Shown: positions 1 to 5,741 of the stretch, one piece after another
How positions within the stretch are numbered: the stretch's first letter is position 1
How the letters are laid out: every line of letters starts with the position of its first letter
Origin: an uncultured bacterium
Lineage (GTDB): Bacteria; Schekmanbacteria; GWA2-38-11; J061
Length of the DNA stretch: 11,157 nt
Reading direction: 5' to 3'
Assembly: GCA_964549305.1 (NCBI GenBank)
Contig: CAZJVM010000077.1
Coordinates: forward strand, 1 to 11,157
Translations under genes and position numbers: made by a program
The notes under the pieces: generated by a model
The model's database searches: none
What the model saw: only the letters and a program-made list of their open reading frames with translations
What the model was told of the DNA's origin: nothing

Positions 1-199
1 CAAAAAGTGGTTGAGTAACCGCCAATCTGCTGAGTAAGAACAGGATTATCCTCTACACTCCTGATAAACAATTCTTTAGAAAGATCTCTCCGTTTATTTT
101 TTTGTTTCCTTCGATAAAATTCTTCTGGACAGATGTGATAAAAAATATTTAAATCCAAAACACACATTCCTTTATCCGTAAAAAGCACAGTATCAACGT

Positions 200-205
200 T
201 ATAAT
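200..205 (+). promoter_or_regulatory. Candidate sigma70 -10 box
   Basis: Perfect TATAAT in the AT-rich leader, but no convincing -35 hexamer at 16-18 nt spacing. Confidence 0.25.
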
Positions 206-233
206 GCAGAACTGAGCCCGGAAAAGATTATTT

Positions 234-261
234 TTAAAATGTGACATAAGTCATATTTTAA
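234..261. promoter_or_regulatory. CRP/FNR-family transcription factor binding site (near-perfect palindrome)
   Basis: TTAAAATGTGAC-ATAA-GTCATATTTTAA has 11 of 12 arm positions complementary. Its core TGTGA-N6-TCATA (240-255) matches the CRP-type TGTGA-N6-TCACA consensus with one mismatch. It ends 66 nt upstream of the first ATG. Confidence 0.7.
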
Positions 262-315
262 TTTTTCTCTTTTGAATAACCATAGTATCGATGAGAGCAA
301 GCTTTTAATCTTGAG

Positions 316-320
316 GGAGG
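316..320 (+). promoter_or_regulatory. Shine-Dalgarno site for the first gene
   Basis: GGAGG 7 nt upstream of ATG 328. Confidence 0.8.
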
Positions 321-327
321 GTATGGT

Positions 328-1632
328 ATGTTGAGAAGACTGTTGATGTTCCTGTTCGTTTTATCCGCTTTTTTTATTATTTCTAATCCTTTAATTGTGT
401 CCTCGGAAGAATCTTCAACAAGTGCGAAATGCATAAATTGCCATGAAAAGGAGAGAATTGCGCGCGCAGCAATCGAGGAATGGAGCAAAAGCACCCACGC
501 GAAAAACGATGTGGGATGCTTTGACTGCCACGAAGCAAATCAGGAAGACCCCGATGCCCTATCCCATTACGGAAATTACATTTCTGTCATAGTAACGCCA
601 AAAGACTGCGGGCAGTGCCACGACAGGGAAGCAAATGAATTTCAGGGCAGTCATCACGCGAAAGCAGGCGCCATATTGGGTTCTCTTGATAATGTGCTCG
701 GTGAAATCGTAGAAGGCGTTGCCGCCGCGAACAGCGGTTGTAAGCAGTGCCACGGTTCGAAGGTCGCTCTTCTTCCAAACGGAAAGCTTGATCCTGCAAC
801 ATGGCCCAATACGGGAATCGGCAGAATCAATCTTGACGGAAGCAGGGGTGCCTGCTCTGCCTGTCACTCAAGGCACAGCTTTTCCGTTGAGACTGCACGC
901 CGTCCCGATAACTGCGGAAAATGTCATCTCGGTCCCGATCATCCACAGAAAGAAATTTACGACGAGTCAAAGCACGGAATAGCGTTTTACGCCAATGAAG
1001 ATAAGATGAATCTCAAGGCAAGGCCGTGGATACTCGGCAAGGACTATTCTGCCGCGCCTACCTGTGCCACCTGTCATATGAGTGCTACTCCGGAACTGCC
1101 TGTGACCCACGATGTGGGTTCAAGGATAAGCTGGACATTAAGGCCTGTCGTCTCGAAGAAGCTTGAAAACTGGGAGGAGAAAAGGACAACTATGAAGGGA
1201 GTCTGCACTGAGTGCCATTCGCCTTCATATGTTGACGGTTTTTATAAACAGTTTGATGAAGTCGTGAACCTTTACAATAATAAATTCGCAATACCTGCAA
1301 AGAATATAATGGCAAAACTTAAAGCAGAAAAGAAACTGACGCCCACTCCCTTTGATGATGAGATTGAGTGGACATTCTTCTTTTTGTGGCATCACGAAGG
1401 AAGGCGCGCGAGACACGGCGCGGCAATGATGGGTCCTGATTATACACAGTGGCACGGATTCTTCGAGGTTGCGGAAAGATTTTATGTTGAATTCCTTCCT
1501 CAGGCAGAGGAGCTTTTGCCCGGAGTTACAAAGGAAGTAGATGATATGGACCTTCATAAGTGGAGGAAAGGACTCTCGAAAGAGGAGAGAGACAAGATTA
1601 AGGGTTTTTATCAGAAAAGATACGGGCAGTAA
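328..1632 (+). CDS. hao: Octaheme cytochrome c, hydroxylamine oxidoreductase (HAO) family; periplasmic, probably reductive type
   Basis: Sec-type signal peptide (MLRRLL-hydrophobic-VSS/EE). Eight CxxCH motifs: CINCH, CFDCH, CGQCH, CKQCH, CSACH, CGKCH, CATCH, CTECH. HAO-family signatures CHSRHSFS, CHLGPDHPQKEIY..SKHG, PTCATCHM and the C-terminal helical region HHEGRRARHGAAMMGPDYTQWHG. Confidence 0.9.
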   Translation: MLRRLLMFLFVLSAFFIISNPLIVSSEESSTSAKCINCHEKERIARAAIEEWSKSTHAKNDVGCFDCHEANQEDPDALSHYGNYISVIVTPKDCGQCHDREANEFQGSHHAKAGAILGSLDNVLGEIVEGVAAANSGCKQCHGSKVALLPNGKLDPATWPNTGIGRINLDGSRGACSACHSRHSFSVETARRPDNCGKCHLGPDHPQKEIYDESKHGIAFYANEDKMNLKARPWILGKDYSAAPTCATCHMSATPELPVTHDVGSRISWTLRPVVSKKLENWEEKRTTMKGVCTECHSPSYVDGFYKQFDEVVNLYNNKFAIPAKNIMAKLKAEKKLTPTPFDDEIEWTFFFLWHHEGRRARHGAAMMGPDYTQWHGFFEVAERFYVEFLPQAEELLPGVTKEVDDMDLHKWRKGLSKEERDKIKGFYQKRYGQ

Positions 1633-1721
1633 AACTTTAAAGCAGATATGCGCAGACATTAAGCAGGGAGTCTTCGGAGAATTATTACATCAAAAATATA
1701 AAACAGGATGTATGAAAATTC

Positions 1722-3602
1722 GTGCCTGATTACAAAGTAGAAATACCTGATTACGGCTACTGGAAAAAGCAGATTAAATGTCAGGAAGCATGTCCCGTGC
1801 ATACCGATTCAGGCGGTTATGTGAGGGCAATCGCGGAAGGCAATTATGAACTGGCATATCTCATAGCAAGAGGTCCAAACCCCCTTGCTTCAATTTGCGG
1901 CAGAGTTTGCGGGGCGCCCTGCGAGGCATCGTGCAGGCGCGGTTCAGTTGATGAAGCAGTTTCCATAAGGGCGCTTAAGAGGTTCGTAATTGAAAGTCTT
2001 GCCCTTGAAGGGGATGAAAACCTCGCCGAGAAATTCTTCCACCGTCTTAAAAATTTCATATCACCGCAAAAATGCAGCGCCGGCGAAGAGCTTGCCGCTC
2101 TCAAAGATTTTCTCAACAGTGCCGGCATAAAGAAACCTCAAGGCGAAAAGATTGCCATTATAGGAAGTGGACCTGCGGGACTTGCCGCGGCGCACGACCT
2201 TTGCCTTCTCGGTCTTCGCCCCGTTATTTTTGAAATGGAACCTGTCCCCGCGGGAATGCTCTATCTCGGCGTGCCTGAATACAGACTTCCGAGGGAGATA
2301 ATCGAAGCGGAAGTGGAAGTAATCAAGTCACTCGGCACGGAGATAAAATGTAACATTCAGGTGGGCAAGGACATAACTCTTGAAGAAATCCGCAAGGAGT
2401 ACAAGGCGACTCTTATTGCGGTAGGGGCAAAAAAATCGGCAAAGATTCCCATCCCCGGTGTTGACGCAAAGGGGGTTATCGGAGGTGTTGAACTTCTGAG
2501 GTCAGTGGCGTTGGGCGAAGAGGTAAAGCTCGGAGAAAAGGTCATCGTAATAGGCGGCGGAAATGTTGCCTATGATGTGGCGCGTACCGTTGTAAGGCAG
2601 GCGGAATACGATGTGTCGAGAACGGCATTGAGGCAGGAGTCGGTTAAGGAAGTGAAACTTTACTGTCTTGAATCCCTCGAAGAGATGCCTGCCGATGACG
2701 TTGAAATTAACGAAGGTGATGAGGAAGGAGTGAGCAGGCATAACAGTTGGGGACCGGTGGAAATAATCCTCGATAACGGAAGAGCAAGAGGTGTGAAATT
2801 CAAGAAATGTCTTTCCGTATATGACGAGAACAAGAGATTTTCACCTGTTTTTGATGAAGCAAATATAATGGACAGCGATGCCGATACGGTAATTCTCTCC
2901 ATAGGACAGGTTGCAGACCTTTCATTCATCGATTCTGACAGGGACAAAATCAAACTCACCGAAAGAGGTCAGATTGTAGTAAATCCTGAAACGTTGCAGT
3001 CGTCATCGCAGGATGTTTTCGTGGCAGGCGATATCGCTCATGGCACGAAACTTATGATTGATGCCATTTCAAGCGGAAAGCAGGCAGCAAGAAGTATGTT
3101 CGAAAAGGTAACCGGCAAAAAACTGGAAGTTGACCGCAAAGCAGGTTTTACTCTCCTTGAAAATTATGACCGCGAAAAGGATTACGAAAAATTTCACCGC
3201 ACCCATCCTCCAACCGCCCATCCGTCGGAAAGGAAAGATTCAGTGAAGGTGACCGTTGAAAAAGGATATCCGGAAAAACAGGCAGTGAGGGAAGGCGTAC
3301 GTTGTTATTCCTGCGACATACAGACGATTTTTCACAGCGAAAGATGTATTCTTTGCGCGGGTTGTGAGGATGTATGTCCGCTCAGATGCCTCAGGGTTGT
3401 AAGAGTGGAATCAATAAGAGGTGATGAAAAACTTGAAAAACTTCTTCACCGCAGATACGGAGAAAACGCGCCTAAGAGGGGAAGCGCGGTTATAAAGGAT
3501 GAAACGGAATGTATCAGGTGCGGGCTTTGTGCCAAGCGTTGCCCCGCACTGGCTATAACGATGGAACAATTTAAATTCAAAGAGAGCTATTCAGTCAAAT
3601 AA
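1722..3602 (+). CDS. FAD/NAD(P)-dependent iron-sulfur oxidoreductase (GltD/NfnL/SudA-like) with C-terminal 2x[4Fe-4S] ferredoxin domain
   Basis: GTG start, with an in-frame TGA at 1713 ruling out earlier starts. N-terminal Cys motifs CQEACPVH and CGRVCGAPCEASC. FAD motif IIGSGPAG, GVPEYRLP, nucleotide motif VIGGGNVA, VFVAGD and RCYSC. Ferredoxin motifs CILCAGCEDVCP and CIRCGLCAKRCP. No signal peptide or TM helix. Confidence 0.9.
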   Translation: MPDYKVEIPDYGYWKKQIKCQEACPVHTDSGGYVRAIAEGNYELAYLIARGPNPLASICGRVCGAPCEASCRRGSVDEAVSIRALKRFVIESLALEGDENLAEKFFHRLKNFISPQKCSAGEELAALKDFLNSAGIKKPQGEKIAIIGSGPAGLAAAHDLCLLGLRPVIFEMEPVPAGMLYLGVPEYRLPREIIEAEVEVIKSLGTEIKCNIQVGKDITLEEIRKEYKATLIAVGAKKSAKIPIPGVDAKGVIGGVELLRSVALGEEVKLGEKVIVIGGGNVAYDVARTVVRQAEYDVSRTALRQESVKEVKLYCLESLEEMPADDVEINEGDEEGVSRHNSWGPVEIILDNGRARGVKFKKCLSVYDENKRFSPVFDEANIMDSDADTVILSIGQVADLSFIDSDRDKIKLTERGQIVVNPETLQSSSQDVFVAGDIAHGTKLMIDAISSGKQAARSMFEKVTGKKLEVDRKAGFTLLENYDREKDYEKFHRTHPPTAHPSERKDSVKVTVEKGYPEKQAVREGVRCYSCDIQTIFHSERCILCAGCEDVCPLRCLRVVRVESIRGDEKLEKLLHRRYGENAPKRGSAVIKDETECIRCGLCAKRCPALAITMEQFKFKESYSVK

Positions 3603-3624
3603 ACTGAAAAGAGGGGAGTATCGG

Positions 3625-4080
3625 ATGGAAGATAAAAAAATAGACCGCAGAAGTTTTCTTGAAAAGACCGGATTCTATTCCTTCTGGCTTACAATAGTTG
3701 CATCGGTTACGGGAATGCTCAGGTATTTTCTGCCGGAGGTTTTCGATGAACCGTCAATGTCATTCCGTCTTGGCAAATCGGAGGATTTTTCAAATGAGGA
3801 GGCAATACTCCTCGAGGATAAAAACCTTTTCGTAATCAAAGACTCCGAAGGTCTTTATGTAATTTCCGCCGTATGTACTCATCTCGGATGTATTGTAGCG
3901 CGCACGGACATCGGTTATGCCTGTCCCTGCCACGGGAGCAAATTCGATTTGAAAGGCAATGTGGTGGGCGGACCCGCACCCAGAAGTCTCTCCTGGTTCA
4001 AGGTTTACAGGTCTGCTGAAGGATATCTGATGGTTGATACTTCAAAGAGCGTGAAAATCGGAGAGAAATTAAAGATTTAA
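3625..4080 (+). CDS. qcrA: Rieske [2Fe-2S] subunit of a Rieske/cytochrome b complex
   Basis: Tat motif DRRSFLE followed by a hydrophobic anchor. Rieske boxes CTHLGC and CPCHGSKF, and GPAPRSL loop. RBS GAGGGGAG upstream. Adjacent to cytochrome b. Confidence 0.93.
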   Translation: MEDKKIDRRSFLEKTGFYSFWLTIVASVTGMLRYFLPEVFDEPSMSFRLGKSEDFSNEEAILLEDKNLFVIKDSEGLYVISAVCTHLGCIVARTDIGYACPCHGSKFDLKGNVVGGPAPRSLSWFKVYRSAEGYLMVDTSKSVKIGEKLKI

Positions 4081-4100
4081 TAAACCGGAGGGTTAATAAA

Positions 4101-5654
4101 ATGGCAGGTACCGATAAAAAAGCAATACCTGGTATCTTTATCGATAATCTGAAGAAAATCCCGACTTCATTTAAGGAGGCGTTTGTCAGACACGACCTTC
4201 CGCCGGAATCGGAGAGAGAAAGGGCATCGGCTGTCTTTTCCAATTTTTTTCTTCATCTTCATCCCACAAGAGTCAGCTCACACGTGCTCAAACCTACATA
4301 CACTCTCGGTTTGGGGCTTATGTGCGTATTTCTTTTTCTCATACTTGCTGTAACAGGTGTTATTCTGATGGTTTATTATGTTCCCTATGTGCCTGATGCG
4401 TATGAATCCGTTAAAAATATCCGCTACGCGGTTACGGGGGGACAATTCATAATCAATATCCACAGATGGTCTGCCCACGGAATGGTCTTAATCGTGATAT
4501 TCCATATGATGAGGGTCTTCTACACGGGTTCCTATAAATCCCCGCGTGAATTCAACTGGGTTGTGGGAGTCATACTGCTTGTTCTTACTCTTGCCCTGAG
4601 CTTCAGCGGTTATCTTCTTCCTTATGACCAGCTTGCATACTGGGCAATGACAATCGGCTCGAATATTGCGGGCTCTGTCACTGAATTTACCGATGCTATA
4701 GGAATAACCGGCATTTTCGATGTGGGCAAACTTCAGAAACAGATTTTAATCGGTGGCAATAAAATAGGTGAGTCGGCACTTTTAAGGTTTTATTTTCTAC
4801 ACGTTATTTTCCTTCCCATTGTTATAAGTATTTTCATAGGCGTCCATCTCTGGAGAATCACGAAGGACGGCGGACTTTCAAAACCGGGAGAGGAGACTGA
4901 GAGAATAGATTATCTTGATGTTGACGGGGAGAACGTTCCCAATACTGACAAAACATACGGGCTTATGTCCATTGTACGCGGGAATACTCCGCAGGTGGGA
5001 AATTATACCGACGATACCGTTCCCACCTGGCCCAATGTACTTCTTGCCGAAGGGGCGGTTTTTGTCTTCTGCGTCGCGGTAATGTGCCTTCTTTCCCTTT
5101 TCTTCGATGCGCCGTTGAAGGAGATAGCAAACGCGGCAGTACCTGAAAATCCTGCAAAAGCACCCTGGTATTTTCTCGGGCTTCAGGAACTTGTAAGCTA
5201 TTCGGCGTTTATCGGAGGCATAGTCGCTCCTGCCGTTACGGTAATAGGGCTTATGCTGATACCTTTTCTCGACAGGGAAAGAACGAATGTTGGCGTGTGG
5301 TTCTCAGGTTCTGAGGGAATCAGGATAGTCTTCAGGTCGCTTTTTTTCGGATTCGTGAGCATTGTTCTTTTAATCGGATTTACCGTGCAGTTTGGCTGGC
5401 TCAGAAACTGGTTCCCGGGAATTCCTCAGTTGATGATAATCCTCATTAATCCCGCAACTATAATAATGGCGCTTTTTGCCTACTGGTATTTTAAAATAAT
5501 CAAAGAGACCGGCTCAATGAGAATGGCTTCCATAGGGCTTTTCACGCTTATTATTGTGGGGTTTGCAGTGTTGACTTATGTAGGGGTTTTTCTCAGGGGG
5601 CCTAACTGGGATTTCTACTGGTTCAAATCACAGTGGCCGGGCATTCATTTTTAA
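4101..5654 (+). CDS. qcrB: Cytochrome b subunit (cytochrome b6-like domain fused to subunit IV-like domain)
   Basis: Heme b ligand pairs HRWSAHGMVLIVIFH and HVIFLPIVISIFIGVH. Motifs YKSPREFNWVVG, SGYLLPYDQLAYWA and LLRFYFLH. Subunit IV-like region WPN...PENPAKAPWYFLGLQEL...IPFLD...RGPNW. Multiple hydrophobic helices. GGAGG RBS. Confidence 0.93.
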   Translation: MAGTDKKAIPGIFIDNLKKIPTSFKEAFVRHDLPPESERERASAVFSNFFLHLHPTRVSSHVLKPTYTLGLGLMCVFLFLILAVTGVILMVYYVPYVPDAYESVKNIRYAVTGGQFIINIHRWSAHGMVLIVIFHMMRVFYTGSYKSPREFNWVVGVILLVLTLALSFSGYLLPYDQLAYWAMTIGSNIAGSVTEFTDAIGITGIFDVGKLQKQILIGGNKIGESALLRFYFLHVIFLPIVISIFIGVHLWRITKDGGLSKPGEETERIDYLDVDGENVPNTDKTYGLMSIVRGNTPQVGNYTDDTVPTWPNVLLAEGAVFVFCVAVMCLLSLFFDAPLKEIANAAVPENPAKAPWYFLGLQELVSYSAFIGGIVAPAVTVIGLMLIPFLDRERTNVGVWFSGSEGIRIVFRSLFFGFVSIVLLIGFTVQFGWLRNWFPGIPQLMIILINPATIIMALFAYWYFKIIKETGSMRMASIGLFTLIIVGFAVLTYVGVFLRGPNWDFYWFKSQWPGIHF

Positions 5655-5741
5655 ATATTCGGGGTGTTTTTTGATGATTGAAAAAGCATACAGCAGAGAA
5701 AATAGGAAACCCTCAATCAAAAGAGGAGTGAAATAAGGATA

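Noticed and set aside
1-130. Possible 3' end of an upstream gene or small RNA
   Set aside because: No ORF or structure can be supported from the sequence available.
323-334. Mini-ORF ATG GTA TGT TGA overlapping the first start codon
   Set aside because: It is only 2 nt from GGAGG, which is poor spacing, and is likely chance.
328-1632. NrfA/ONR-type nitrite reductase or nitrifier HAO
   Set aside because: There is no CxxCK motif, no adjacent haoB/cycAB, and the crosslinking Tyr appears absent.
1722-3602. Glutamate synthase small subunit (gltD) or dihydropyrimidine dehydrogenase preT
   Set aside because: The fold is shared, but there is no gltB or preA neighbour, there is an extra ferredoxin domain, and the context is respiratory.
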